DNA of 64,000 nt from Mustelus asterias (GCF_964213995.1 NC_135808.1:63674001-63738000); one strand, 5' to 3'; numbered from the stretch's first letter, positions 38,100 through 52,171 are shown. The notes: generated by a model from the letters alone, not told the origin. Translations and numbers: made by a program.

Positions 38100-38510
38100 A
38101 GAGTCAGCACCCACTACTACATCACCGGCAATATATTTTAAATGTTCACTGGGGGAAAAGTACATCCAGTTTATTCCTGCTCTTATGCAGCTTAAACACA
38201 CATCCCTGTTCCTTCCCAGTCCAATAAACTGAAATAATCTACCGATAGGAATGCTATTTAACCCTTCAATTATTTTGTATCTCCCGATCAGGCCACTTCT
38301 ATGTGTAAGCTGCTACATAGTAAATAGGGTCCAGAATTTTGGTCTGTCTGAGTAGCTGAGGTTCATTAACCTAAGGACCATCCTTACAGTTCTCCTCGGG
38401 ACCTTTTCCACAGCCACTACATCACCTGCCATGTGATAATACACCAGGTGCAGTCTGACCTGTGACCTGTAGAATATCAAAATTGTATACTTTTGATTTA
38501 TACATCTCAA
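38100..38510 (-). mobile_element. old CR1 LINE fragment
   Basis: FYRSQVRLHLVY...VEKVPRRTVRMVLRLMNLSYSDR. Confidence 0.65.
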
Positions 38511-39017
38511 TTCTTCTATTAGTGAAATAGTAGAATGTCTATTTATGACCTGACTGACATGTGGAAGTGAAATTAATCATTTGTTTGTTTCTAGTCATAC
38601 AATACTTATTCCAAAATTGATTACAACACAAGAAGAGCCTGTATTCAGTCTAAATCTATGCTGGTTCTCTGTCCAAGCAATCAAAATAATTCCACTGCTT
38701 TGCCTAAAGCTCTCTGTTTCAAATATTTAAATTTCCTTTAAAAGATGCAATAGTGTGTGCTTCAACCTTTCCCTGTGGGAAGGTATGTTAGGCTCCAGCA
38801 GTTCAAAGAAAATTTGCCTAATCCCTTTCCTGGCTTTTTTAATTGTTTACATTTTTCCTTTCCTCAGTGACTCCACAACCAAAGGACATGTTCTTTTCCC
38901 ATTCGTTCTTATGGAAGCCCCTCATAGTTTTAAATTTCTTTATCAACTCTCCTCTTCGTTTTCTCTTCTTCAGGGTTCATGGTCCCAGTATCCCCAGTCT
39001 TCCTCTTGTAAATATTC

Positions 39018-39960
39018 ACACATGTAGATTTGCCAAGAAAATACCAAGCTGTGGGTTGTGAGTTCCTGTGCGCTGATGCTGGCATGACGTACTTGGCAGC
39101 AGCTTGTAGATCAGTTCTCCTAGGCCTGCAAGGAGTCTGCACTGACAAGCAGTCTTAGAATGACCAAAGGGCCCGAATGTAGAGACTCCATCTTTTATCA
39201 ACCCTAACAACCTCACTGTGGAGGTCTTTGAGAGCTTCACATACCTTAGATCAACAATTACCAGCAATCTATCCCTTGTTGCTGAAATCAGCACCAGGAC
39301 TGACAAGGTCAGAGCTGTCAAGTCAAAGTTAAGAAGCCAAGTGTGGACCAACAGCAAACAAACCGAAAATGTAAAGCTCCGTGTGCACCAAGTTTGTGCT
39401 CTTAGCATTTTCCCTTCAGAAAGGGAGGCGTGGACAACTTATGCAAGCCAAGAAAAGCTTCTACCTCCGCTGCCTCAAATGAACATTGGACATGTCCTGG
39501 CATGGCAAGAGTGCCAAGAATGGAAGTACACCAGTGCAGGGATCCCCAGCATGTTTGTCTCTTGACCCAGTGGCAAATCCATTGGCTGAGTCATGTGAGC
39601 TGGATGGATGTTGGCCACATCCTCAAAGACATGTTCAATGGTGAGCTCACTATTGACACAAGATCAACAGGTTGCCCACATTTGTGATGCAAGGATTTCT
39701 GCATTCGAGACTTCAAGTTAACTGAGATCAGACATGATATAATGGGGAGACCTCTCTTCTGACCCCAGTGCCGAGAGACAAGCAGGAAGGGTATGAAAGT
39801 AGCAGAGGTCAAAATAGATGACCAGATGGTGGAAAAGAAAGAGCCCGCTGGAAAGACAAAACATTAGTTGAGTTCAGCCAACACCATTCAGCTGTGCCAG
39901 TTGTAGAAGGGAGTGCCAGTCACAAAAAAGTCTCTATAGCCACAAGACAGTATTCAATCC
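39018..39960 (+). mobile_element. RTE-clade LINE remnant
   Basis: EVFESFTYLRSTITSNLSLVAEISTR...VWTNSKQTENVKLRVHQVC...EAWTTY; QIHWLSHVSWMD. Confidence 0.78.
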
Positions 39961-40907
39961 AGAAATGACATACACTATTAAGCACAGTCCATTGTCTCTC
40001 TCAAAGGACTGTTGCCAATAATGATAAATATTCTCCATGGTTGTAATGTACTTATAAAACAGCTGAAACTACAAACAATACTCTTAAGTCAATATTTGCC
40101 TATAACCTAGTCAATATTTTTTACAAGTTTATCAAAGTATTTACAAATGGGGCATAGAGTACAAAATCCTACAAGCTTTATGACAGATTATTTTTCTACT
40201 CTGATTCGCACTTTCAGGGGGATTCTGAAATTGAACCCCTCAGTATCAATCACTATTCATTCATCCCCTTCAGCATCTTTCGCACTCACCCCATTAAATT
40301 GCACTTTATTTCTATTCATTTTGGTGAAGCCCAGCGTTTATCATCCATCCCTAATTGCCCTTGAGAATCACTGCAGTCCATGTGGTGTAGGGACATCCAC
40401 AGTGCTGTTAGATAGGGAGCTCCAGGACTTTGACCCAGCAACAATGAAAGAACACCATATATTTTGAAGTCATGATTATGGGTGACTTGGAGAAGAACTT
40501 TCCCTTCCATCTGCTGCCCCTGTTCTTCTAAGTAATAGTAGAGGTTGTGGATTTGGAAGGTGCTATCTTCCTGTCACCATTGTTTAAATGAAAGTGCAAA
40601 AATATTTAATATCTCTTGCCATACCTTCATCCCTCCATCATCCCCTCCATTAGCGAGTGATTCTGCCTTCTCTAATGTTTTTTAATTCATTAATAGGAAT
40701 GTACCAGCGTGGTTAAAGCCAGTATTTATTGTGCAATTCCATTTAATCTTGAGAAGTTGGTGATGAACCTTCTCCTTGGGTACAAATGAGTGGCTGGTTA
40801 GGCCATTTCAGAGGGCAGTTAAGAATCAACCACATTGCTGTTGGCCTAGATTCATATGTAGGCCAGAACAAGTGAGGATGGCAGATTTTCTTCCCAAAAG
40901 GACATCA

Positions 40908-41088
40908 TGATTTGGAGATGCCGGCATTGGACTAGGGTGGGCACAGTAAGAAGTCTCACAACACCAGGTTAAAGTCCAACAGGTTTATTTGGACTCACCT
41001 GATGAAGGAGAAGCGCTCCAAAAGCTCGTGATTCCAAATAAACCTGTTGGACTCTAACCTTGTGTTGTGAGACTTCTTACTGTGCCCA
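40908..41088. mobile_element. short Penelope-derived hairpin insertion inside a DeuSINE-like repeat
   Basis: Same terminal sequence (cagtaagaagt...ccaaataaacctgttggact) inverted around a hammerhead-like core. Tail on the left. Imperfect duplication aaggacatca/aaggatatca. Confidence 0.8.
40995..41031 (+). ncRNA. degenerate hammerhead ribozyme motif (GAAA>AAAA)
   Basis: TCAC-CTGATGA-a-GGAG-aagcg-CTCC-AAAA-GCT-C-GTGA. Confidence 0.6.
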
Positions 41089-42574
41089 GAAGGATATCAG
41101 CGAACTAGATCTGTGTAGAGTCTGCATGTTCTCCTCATGTCGGCATGGGTTTCCTCCGTGTGCTCCGGCTTCCTCCCACAGTCTGAAAGATATGCTGGTT
41201 AGGTGCATTGGCCATGCTAAATTCTCCCTCAGTGAACCTGAACAGGCAACGGACTGTGGCAACTCGGGGATTTTCACAATAACTTGATCGCAGTGTTAAC
41301 GTAAACCTACTTATGACACTAATAAATAAGAATAGATGAATTTTTCACAATCCAGTAGGCTCATGATCATCTTGCTAAGACTAGTTATTTTTAAATTCCA
41401 GATTTATTTAATTTCTCAATTGCGATGATGCATTTTGTCTCTAAATTATATGTCCCGGCCTCTGGATTACTAGTCTAGTAACATAACCACAATGTTATCA
41501 CTATCCTTTACTTTTAATATCTTGGTTATTTTCTGTATTGGGAGCCTTCACTTTATCTTCTGTTGATTACCTTTAATCTCTCACTATTCATTCATGGAAC
41601 GCTATTGTTTAATATGCCACTTTTTAACCTTTATAGGAACGTATTTATATCTCCAATTTGAAGATTTCCAACAATTGACCTTTGACTTGTTTTGCTAGCT
41701 AATCTGTCATTTCAGGAACCTGGGCTGTGCCATCTCGCCTCATTTCATGTGTAAGTTTGAGTTTGCTGTGCAATAGTCAGTGATTGACAAAGCCCAGAAT
41801 CATATTTATTCCATGTGCAGCTTGGCATTTATTTGAACACTCCGAACCTAACCACTGGAAAAAGGAAAGCGTGCAGACCTGGCCTTTCTAAAATAGGATG
41901 AGTGGGTGAAGTAAGAAAGATGGATTGTTTTATGAATGTGCCAGGGTGTGATCATTTTGGCTTTAAATAAGTCTCTTTCTCTCAAATATGCAGTTTAAAA
42001 TTATTTCAATCCCAGTCAGGATTAACTAAGCTGTTAAGCATTTCATACGAAATACATTGCAGCCAAAATGCTGGTAGTAGTTAATTTTCTATTTACCATC
42101 TGGCAAACAGACTCCTAATGACGCGGAGCAGCAAACAAAATTCCTCATTAGTCTGTGCTGCCAATGTTATTTGTAACTGATGATGAATGACCTAGATAAT
42201 TGTTCTGCTGATACCTACACATCAATTGGCACTGCTGCAAAGTACTCAATACAAAGCTGCAGAACATTTGTGAGTTCTTTTACAATAATGTACTTGCCAA
42301 AAAACAGTACAAAGACTGTCCAGATTCCTTCACATTTTTGGATAAGATTAATATTGTGCTTTCTGAGTTGTGAAGGAGGGAAGAGGTAACTTAAGAATGA
42401 GCCAGAAATGAAAATCAAAACAAGAAAAAAAAGGAGTCAAGATTTATTGCTTCGATAAACTTTATTGGAAAATGTTGTAATTCCTTTCTCTTTCTCCCCT
42501 TCTTTCAATTGAAGTTCCTAGAACTTGCCCTCTCCTCAAACCTGCACACTGCAAGCTAGAACACATTAGGCCCT

Positions 42575-42801
42575 TGTGGTGTTTGTCCCCTCTATGGAGC
42601 GATCTGCCGAGAGGGCCACAGGACCCAGGTAACCAATCAGGGACCAGGATGGGGGTTCATCCTAGCAAGCGTGGGCTTCTGTATAAATTCAATCCTGGAA
42701 GCTGACTGGCAGCCATGAGGCTGCAAACCTCTGTATTATGGTTATATGTAAATAAACAATGCAGCTTTTATTTGCCTAACTGGGGAACAGGAATTATTAC
42801 A
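42575..42801 (+). repeat. 5' LTR
   Basis: Starts TGT, ends ACA, direct repeat of 46668-46895, followed by the PBS. Confidence 0.9.
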
Positions 42802-45476
42802 TTGGCAATGAGGATAAAATAAAAACAACAGTCCCAAGATCATGGGTATAAAGTTGCACTGAAGTATAGTTCAAGTTGGGAAACAGATGAATATTTGTAA
42901 ATATTCTCCAAGTGAATGGATAAATCCTTTTGATGCCCCTCTGCAGAATTGGACAAAATACTTTGAACATTTGGGCGACTATTTTCAGAATAACAGAATA
43001 GAGGAGGAGGGGAAGAGAAGGGCAATCCCTCTGAGGGTTTGTGGGACCCAGACCTACAATTTAATACGCAGCCTCACATCCCCAAGCACGCCCGACTCCA
43101 ACCCGTTCACCGAGATAGTTGAATTGGTGAAAATACACGACCACCTGAAGCAATCAGTAATATTGTAGCAATTTAAGTTTAAACTCAATCGGGAGAGCTC
43201 CTGGCAAAATTATTGCACCTTATATTACTAAGTTAAGACAAATCTCCGAGCACTGCAACTTTGGAGCCACTCTCAACAATATGTTGCGGGACTGTTTAGT
43301 CTGCGGGTTAAATAATTAATTCATCCAAAGAAACTATTAGCAGAGACAGATATAGATTTTAAGAAGGCACTGGAGATTGCAATGGCGATGGAGAGTGCTG
43401 AGAAGGGTGCACAGGAACTTCAGAGCATTCAAAATGATGTGGTTCACCACTTAGGGTAATTTTAAAATGGAAAGCAAATGTAGCCATGAATAGAGTGAGA
43501 AGAGTTAAAAGAGCCAATCAATCGCCTAGGATTAAAGAAGAGTGTTACCGGTATGGGAGTAATCCCCTGAAACATGCCAATATAAAGAGGTTAAATGTTT
43601 TTTCTGCCACAGGAAAGGTCACTTAAGGCACCAATGTGAAAGTAAGTCAAGTCTACCCAGTAATACATCACAAGTGCATACTATGAAGAGTCCAGTACTA
43701 ATCATTTAAATGTTCACTCATTGTCCAATGTAAAAGCGGGCAAGGTAGCCCCATCACTGTGATGCTTTTGGTAAATGGTAGACCCTTAAGGATGTGAATT
43801 GATACGGAAGTCTCTGCCAAAGTGATAGGAGAACACACATTTAGATATTTACAAGAAGGAATCCAGTCATTGAGTTTGAGGTGTACCACAGCAAAACTAG
43901 CAAATTAGAAGGAGAAACCATCAACATAAATGGTACTACCACAGTACCTGTAAGCTTTCGGCAGCAGTTCCCAGTAATAGTATCAGGCCAAGGACCAAGT
44001 CTTTTGGGCTGTGATTGGCTCAATGTACTCAAGTTAACCTGGAGGAGATCTCCCAAATACGGCTTTCTGACCCAAAACGTTAGCTCTATTCTCTCTCCAC
44101 AGATGCTGTCAGACCTGCTGAGTTTTTCCAGCATTTTCTGTTTTTGCTTGTCAATAGTATATGGGTAAAGAAGTTCCAGCAGTATATGTATGGGAGGCAC
44201 TTTACCATTGTTATGGACCACAAACCACTCTTGGGTCTCTTTAAAGAAGACAAGGCTATTTTGCTAATCATATCAGCGAGAATTTAGCGTTGGGCATTAA
44301 TTCTGTCCGTCCATGAATATATATTCAAGCAGCAGCCTGGAACACACATTGCGAATACGGATGCACTTAGCCACCTGCCCTTACCAAAGAGTGTGGCACT
44401 TCCTCCAGTCTCGCAAGAAATTGTTAATGTCATAGAGCTTCTTGAAAGTGTTGCCAGTTTTGGTGCAGAAAATCAATTATTAGACCAACAGGTATCCACT
44501 TTTGCCCAAAGTCAGGCACAGGACGCTAATAGATTGAGCTAGTGAACCACAGTTTGAAAAAATGAAACCATATTATATTTGGAAGGATGAATTAAGTTGC
44601 GAATATGTCTTCATACTTTGGGAAGCCAGAGCAGTCGTCTGTGTACCAGGAAGGGAGTTGCTCCTAGCCAAATTGCAGTGCCCATCCGGGTATATCTAAG
44701 GCAGGAGAAATGTATGGTGGCCTGGCATCAATGCCGACATTGAGAGCCTAATCAGGCACTGTGAACCGTGCCAGTCGCAACAAAGGTTGCCTGTTACAGT
44801 CCCACTGCACCTTTGGGAATGGCTTGGCCGGCCATGGGTACGGGTTCATGGTGATTATGTGGGACCATTCTTGGGCACAATGTTTTTGCTTTTTGTTAAT
44901 GCCCATTAAAAGTGGACAGAAGTGTTTGAAATGAAGTATACGGCGTCACACTTTACAATTGAGAAATTGCGTCAGTGCTTTTTGATCTTCATAGTGTCGG
45001 ATAATGGAACAGCCTTCACAAGTGCTGAATTTCAAAATTTCACCTCCTTAAATGGTATCAAGCACATCAGTACTGTGCCTTACCAGCATGCAACCAATGG
45101 ATTGGCTGAACGAGCAGTCCAAACCTTCAAGGCGAGCCTTAAGAAGCAGTCAGGGGCAACCCCGGAGACCAGAATCTCACGATTCCTTCTGGGCTACAGA
45201 ACTACTCCATACTCTAAAACGGGAGTGCCACTAGCAGAGTTGTTGATGGGCCAGCATCTTAGGACCAGACTAAGTCTGTTGTTTCTGAATTTGTCGGGGA
45301 GGGTAGTGGCCGGTCATGCAGTCAGAAAAAAAAATCATGGGATGTAACTTGAGGCCCAAAATGCCGAGTTCCACTGATTGAGCGTCGGACATGCGTGTGG
45401 TATGTCATGGAAGTCCCGGCACTTGCGCATGTGCGCTCAGAGCGCGAATTTCTAAAACCCCCAATGCGGGGCCTGA

Positions 45477-45790
45477 TAGAAACCCTGCAGTGCAGAAGGA
45501 GGCCATTCAGCCCATTGAGTCTGCACCAATAACAATCCCAGCTAGGCCCTATCACCGTAACCCCACATATTTACCCTGGTAATCCCTCTAACCTACGCAT
45601 CCTGGAACACTAAGGGGCAAGTTAGCATGGCCAATGCACTTAACCCACACATCTTTTGGAGTGTGGAAGGAAACCCACGCAGACACAGGTAGAATGTGCA
45701 AACTCTTCACAGACAGTGACCCAAGGCGGGAATCAAACCCAGGTCCCTGGAGCTGTGAGGCAGCAGTGCTAACTGCTGTGCCACCGTGCC
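45477..45790 (-). mobile_element. HE1-type SINE inserted in the Gypsy element
   Basis: Reverse-complement HE1 head and tail. Confidence 0.88.
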
Positions 45791-46667
45791 GCTCATATGA
45801 TGGTTCAGCGCTGCACTGAAGCAGCACAATATACTTTAACGAGACAGCGCGAACGTGGTCTGCTTGTCCAGATGTTACATCAGGCGTTACATTAAAAAAT
45901 GTACAAGTTTTTTTTTGATCTAGAATCAATGAGCAGCGAAGCAGAAGGTCTCTCTTGGGGTAGTTTTGAGGTTGGTATGTTTGAAAACATTCTAATTCAA
46001 GTGCTGTAGTTTATGTTAATCCTTACATGCCTCAATAGTGAATTAGGAAAAGTAATTTATTTTAGGTTCTGTTGTGTGACCTTATAAGCCTCAATAACGA
46101 AATACATAAATAATTTAATAAGGTAGTTTATGTATCAGGGAAATCAACAAGGCTGTTTTCAGTGGAGGGAGTTGTGTATGCCAGAAATTTTGGAAACAGC
46201 TCGTGTTGGGTCACAGGAAAGGTTGTATCAAAAACAGGACCTTTGTCATATGAAGTGGACGTACAAGGAAGCATCGTCCGGAAGCATATGGACAATTTAT
46301 GAGGACAAGAGTTGTCTCAGCATCCAGTGCTGCCATCTGAAACCATGTTGCCAGCAGGAAATATTGTTGACTATCCCAGCCATGAAGTACCAAGTCAGCC
46401 TGTGACAGGTGAGTCTGTCATTCCCATGGAAATGGATGAAGCTGCGTTACGAGTAAATGAGGAGATGCATGGTGTAGTGGTTTCTGCAGAAAACACCCCA
46501 GTGGAAGCAGCCCAAACAGAGAAATTATACCGCTCCACTAGGAACTGAAAGAGCAGTTCAAGTCTGAAAGACTCAATTTATCATGGACTGAATGCATGTG
46601 TTAATGTTATTAGAAACTGAGTAACTTAATTCTTATCGATGTTTTAAAAAACCTAGAGGGGGAGGGA

Positions 46668-46895
46668 TGTGATGTTTGTCCCCATCATGGAGCAATCTAC
46701 CAAGAGGGTCACGTGACCTAGATAATCAGTCAGGGACCAGAATGAGGGATCCCCCCTAGCAAACATGGGCTTCTGTAGCAGTTTGATCCTAGGAGCTGAG
46801 TGGTAGCCATGAGGCTGCAAGCCTCTGCATTACAGTTATATGTAAACCAACGTTGCAGTTGTTATTTACCTAACTAGTGAACAGGCATAATTACA
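46668..46895 (+). repeat. 3' LTR
   Basis: Preceded by a polypurine tract; direct repeat of 42575-42801. Confidence 0.9.
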
Positions 46896-47074
46896 GCCTT
46901 GCACTGCATTGACGATTATGATCTGAGCACCTCAGACTCTGCCATTGTACCTAGAGATGGTTAAACCTTCATCATTAAAACTTGTCCTGTAAGAAGGCTC
47001 AACTGTAAGATCCACCTTCTCAACCAGCTGACTGCTCTGACCTCCCATTCCGTCCTTCTCCTAGACAAAACCCA

Positions 47075-47372
47075 CAAACACTTCCATCTAGAAGGACAAG
47101 GGCAGCAGGTACACGGGAACACCACCACCTGCAAATTCCCCTCCAAGCCATTCACCATCCTGATTTGGAGATATATCGCCATCCCTTCGCAGTCGCTGGG
47201 TCAGAATCCTGGAATTCCCTCCCTTACAGCATTGTGGTTCAACCCACAGCACGTGGACTGCAGCGATTCCAGAAGGCAGCTCACCACCACCTTCTCAAGG
47301 GCAACTAGGGATGGACAATAAATGGTGGTCAGCCAGCGACGCCCATGCCCCACGAATGTATAAACAAAAGAA
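47075..47372 (+). mobile_element. LINE 3' end sharing its tail with the DeuSINE-like repeats
   Basis: accaccacctgcaaattcccctccaag...tcctggaattccctcc...gcagctcaccaccaccttctcaagggcaactaggg...aataaatg; a related minus-strand fragment lies at 40315-40570. Confidence 0.7.
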
Positions 47373-48235
47373 GGAACAATGGCTGGGATTGTCTGGCTAC
47401 CTTGTAGCATGTTTTCCGACGCTGGAGGCGGCTTGCTATTGGCCGCTGGCAGGATTATTCAATCCCACCGAGGATTGCTGTTTTGTATGGCTCGTCCCCT
47501 CAGTGCTGGGAAACCCGTTGTGAGTTTCCCAGCACTTTGCCAGGTCTGGAAGATTCAGTCAGTGGGAAGGACCAGAAAATCCCAACCACTGATTTTTTAA
47601 GCACACTCCTTAAATTTCTCTGTTCCTGACCAAAGCTGCTTCCTATTCCTTAATGGTTTCCTACATTTTCCTCCTGCTCTCAGTTTCAGTAATGCTCTAG
47701 ACACCTCACTATGTGTTTCCTTAATATCTGTTCGACTCAAAATCTTGACTTCTCACAATCCATTTTTATTATGGCATGATCCCTTTCAAAAATGCTATCA
47801 TCACATTTACTCTAACGCCCTCAAGATCATTATTCTAGAACCCTCAATCTTTCACTCCTTTCCAAACTTCTGCAATAGTGCTTCCGAGTTACACTTTGGT
47901 GTCCTATAGGGAAGGAAATCTGCTATCCTTACTTGATCTGGCCTACATCTTCCTCCAGACCTACAGCAGCAATGTGATTCTTAATGTGATGGAGTCATTC
48001 CTTGTCCAAGATCCTCCAGTTCTTTATTTCTACCCTTATCTTTTCAAAAATTCTTTGATAGGAAGTGGCAGTGGCTGGAAGACCAGCATTTGTTGCTCAT
48101 CGCTCATTGCTCTTGAACGAAGTGACTTACTAGGCCGTTTCAAAAGGCAGTTAGGAGTCAATCACATTTAGAATCACATTGCTGCTGTGGGTCTGCAGGG
48201 ATATGTAGGCCAGACCATGTAAGGATGGCAGATTT

Positions 48236-48520
48236 GGTGAGCACTGCTGCCTCAGAGCACCAGGGACCCAGGTTCAATTCCTGGCTGGGTCACGGTTTGT
48301 GCAGAGTCTACACATTCTCCCCGTGTCTGTGTCGGTTTCCTCCAGGTGCTCCTGTTTCCTCCTGTAACCAGCAAGACATGCTGGTTAGGTGCATTGGCCA
48401 TGCTAAATTCTCCCTCAGTGTACCCGAACAGGTGCCGGAATATGGCAACTGGGGGATTTTCACAGTAACTTCATTGCAGTGTTGATGTGAACCTACTTGT
48501 GATACTCATAAATAAACTTT
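48236..48520 (+). mobile_element. alternative-tail SINE
   Basis: Same family; a partial copy also lies at 41110-41330. Confidence 0.85.
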
Positions 48521-51094
48521 ACCAATGGACATTGATTTTGTTTTTAAATACAAACATCATCCTGCGTCTTGGTCCTCCCTTGATATTTGTGGAATATCAC
48601 CTCCAATAGCTTCACCTGCGCCCATTTGTTCATCGACAGTCCAGTGCAAAGCATCATCCTTGTTCTTCTTCTTATAAATCGCTAATTTACACTCATCCAT
48701 TTTCACTATGTCCATGGTATAAAATGGCTGTAAATTCTGGGAGCTTAATTCTGTTGATGTGGAAAAATGGTCAAGTTATATAGTTGTGATCAGATGCATA
48801 ATAATGCTCCCAGCACTCTGATCTTATACATGCCTTAACCTAATGTGGGAATATATGGCTCACATTAGAAATACAACCAAAATTATTTAAAATGGCTATA
48901 ATTATTTGGTATATTCTTTAGAGTTGTCTTGTTGTCCTCATTTCATCATTACTGTAGAAAACACTAAGTATAATGTGGGTGGACACATACTTTGCCCCTT
49001 TGGACTTATTAAAAATGTGTATCTGTCCTGTGGAAAAGGCTTTCTTAGTTTTAGTTTGCAAGTATGAATGGATAATAAAGCAGCATTTTTCTTGGCTTTT
49101 GTGGTTGTTTGCAAATATTTTCTCGGTGGAGCCTTTTGCTAGAACAATGGAAAGTTTTCTTTATGAAAGAGGAAGGGAATAACTAATGTTTAGCCACTAA
49201 GAGATGAGTTCATACTCTGTTGGTCTGAGTGGGAGGTATGTATATTTTGGTATATCTTAGTTGGTTAATGGGTGTATTTACAGCACTCAAGCTTATGTGG
49301 GGAAACATCTGTTCCCTGAAGTTATGAGTAACTAAGTTTTCAAGAGTCGGATGTTTCTAGGCTTTGCTGTCTGAAGCTGGTAGAATAGGCACTCATCAAC
49401 AACCTCTGTGTTGTAAAGTACTTCAATTTGTGCGCTGTTGGAAATTTCATTTGGGGTTACAACAGAGTACAGTATTTCAGCCTGCTGTTTTGCTGACTTA
49501 TAATAACTAAGTATTAATTTTAAATCCCATCGTTGTCTCATCATCAAGGGACGAGTTACATTTACTGCAAAGTAGCTTGTTGTGTAGGGAAGTGCTGGGA
49601 AGTTGAGCAATCGTAGATGTAAAAATCATTTGTTTTCAATTGCAGCTAACCGGAACAGTAAAGTTCGATTTGTTGAATGCCATTGTCAGAGGCATTTGTG
49701 TGTGTCATTCGCATTTCATACTCCAGTTTGCTCATTAAAATAAAAATAAGATCTGTTCATCTGATTCTGGGTCTTACTGGCTCCTAGGGAGCTGGATTGC
49801 CTCAAATGATGTGCTGAACGCATTAGGCAACACATGCACAGGAAGTGCCTCAGCTGGAGCAGCCTCTTGTGATGCGGCAGAGAACTAAGTGTTCCAGCTA
49901 GCACATAATGGCAGAGTCCATTTGGAGCAATAGGAGACAGTTGGGCTGGTGTATGGCTGTGAACAACAGGAGAAAAATACACTTCCGTAATCTTATACTT
50001 CCAGCTATTTCTGATCTGTGGGATTAAGTCACTGAGATTTCTTGGAATTAAAGTTGAGTTGATACACTGGGGGGCGGGGGGGAGGTGCTTGAGTTTTACT
50101 GAGTTCAGCTCTAAATGATACAGCAAAAGCCATGTTTTAGTGCCTGGAGTGTGGCTAACTGCCATTTAGGAAATGAATGTGGATAAGTCATCTAGTGTGT
50201 GTGTGTATTTTTCCCCCAAACTGAAATGCTCAATTTCAACTTTACTGCTGGTTTTCATCTTTTGGCAAATCTAAAGGTGACGGGCAAGATCATACATGGC
50301 CACAAACATTACAAAAATAAAATACTGCGGGTGTTGCAAATTGGACAATAAAGCCGAAAATGCTTAAAATGCTCAGAGCAGGTCTGGCAGCATCTGTGGA
50401 ATGAAAACCTCATCACGATCTGGTGTGTGGCTTTCATCAGTGCAAATCTGGTCTTTCTGCAGTTGTTCCTCTCCCTTCCCCTGCCATCCCTTGTCTTTTC
50501 TTTTTTCACTCACGAGAGTGGTAAAGTTGGGAGCCGCTTGTCTTTCTAAATATTTTGGTTTGTTTTTGTACAAGAACTATAAAGTTTACTTTAAATGCTG
50601 TTTAATTCAGTTGATGTTAGTTTTGTGCTATAAACTGTTATCCACGGTCTTGTGCATTTGTTAATCTAGTTCATTTAAAGTTTTGAAATGTTAACAATTG
50701 ATTTCTACTTAGCGACCAAGGTGGAAGGTCTTTTGACACAGGGGTTAGTGTCACTGCCTCTCAGCTAGAAGTTCTGGGTTCAAGTCCCACCCCAGGACTT
50801 GATGGCCATGGAAGATACGTTCATTATACAACCAAACCATTTGAATGTCAACTTGCAAATCCTTCCAAATGCACCAATGCTGGCAGTAAGAGTGGGACAA
50901 ACTCCTGGTCAGCCATACTTGATATGGAGTGGCCTGCCCAAGTTTTGGTGATGGACTAGCAACCTGTTCCAGGAATAACTAACAAGGGAAACTGACAACA
51001 GTCTGCTTTAGTGTGCGACTTGGTGTGGGAAAAGAATTGACATTCGACCAAATTGGGCAAATGTGAATGAGCAGTAATATTGCTTAAAGTAAAA

Positions 51095-51668
51095 GTCTAA
51101 AGATGTGCAGGTTCGGTTGATTGACCATACTAAATTCATTCTAGTGTCAGGGGATTAGCAGGGTAAATATGTGGGGTTACGGGGTTATGACCTGGTGGGA
51201 TTGTGATCAGTGCAAAGTCGATGGGCCGAATGGCCTCCTTCTGTACTGTAGGGATTCTATGAAAATTTGACTAGACCCTGTATCACCGAGCATTGTTCTG
51301 ATTTAAGAGCCAATTGGTTTTGGGGCATGTCCTATTGTGACATTTCCAGATACTCATAGAATCATAGGATCCCTATAGTGCAGAAGGAGGCCATTCAGCC
51401 CATCGAGACTGCACTGACCACAAACCCACCTAGGCCCTATTCCAGCAACCCCACATATTTACCCTGTTAATCGCCTGACACTAGGATCAATTTATCATGT
51501 CCAATCCACACATCTTTGGACTGTGGGAGGAAACTGGAGCACCTGGAGGAAACACACGCAGACACGGGGAGAATGTGCAAACTCCGCACAGTGACCCGAG
51601 GCCAGAATTGAACCCGGGTCCCTACCACTGTGAGGCAGCAATGCTAACTATTGTGCCACCATGCCACC
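51095..51668. mobile_element. tail-to-tail HE1 SINE pair (51095-51262 +, 51355-51668 -)
   Basis: Both match the HE1 tail in opposite orientations about 90 bp apart. Confidence 0.85.
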
Positions 51669-51824
51669 CATTTTTAAACTCTATTTCCAAATTGAGTAAA
51701 TCCCCAAAATTGGCTCCGGTAGAAATGGCAACACAGTGGCTTTGTATTAAACACTTAAATGTTTGGGACTTTTTGTGACTCAGATCCTAACTGCTTTGGT
51801 GCAGCGTTTGAAGTCAGTGCAAGT

Positions 51825-52170
51825 GAGGTATACTGCATTATGAGGGGCATTAATAGGGTAGATAGGAAGAAACTTTACCTCTTAGTCGAGGGGTCAATAA
51901 CCAGGGGGCATAGATTTCAGGTAAAGGGCAAGAGATTTGGAGGGGATTTGAGGTAAAAAACTTTCACCCAGAGGGTGGTGGGAATCTGGAACTCACTGCC
52001 TGAAAGGGTGACAGAGGCAGAACCCTCACAATATTGATGAAGCATTTAGAAATGCCAAAGTATACAAGGTTTTGGGCCTGATGCTGGAAAATGGGATTAG
52101 AACATATAGGTGCTTAATGGCCGGCACAGACACGATGGGTCAGAGATCTTTCTGTGCTGTAAAACTCTAT
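51825..52170 (+). mobile_element. CR1 LINE 3' fragment
   Basis: EVYCIMRGINRVD...ITRGHRF; ttcacccagagggtggtgggaatctggaac. Confidence 0.8.
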
Positions 52171-52171
52171 A

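Larger units (their letters stand above)
42575..46895 (+). mobile_element. decayed Ty3/Gypsy LTR retrotransposon with both LTRs; RT region deleted
   Basis: TG...CA LTRs at 42575-42801 and 46668-46895 (about 80% identical by eye). TSD gccct/gcctt. PBS tggcaatgaggat at 42803 (tRNA-Ser-like). PPT at 46655-46667. Gag at 42887-43168, zinc knuckle CFFCHRKGHLRHQC near 43600, protease remnant near 43800, RNase H tail YGRHFTIVMDHKPL near 44200, integrase IVSDNGTAFTS...NGLAERAVQTFK at 44922-45347. Confidence 0.93.
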
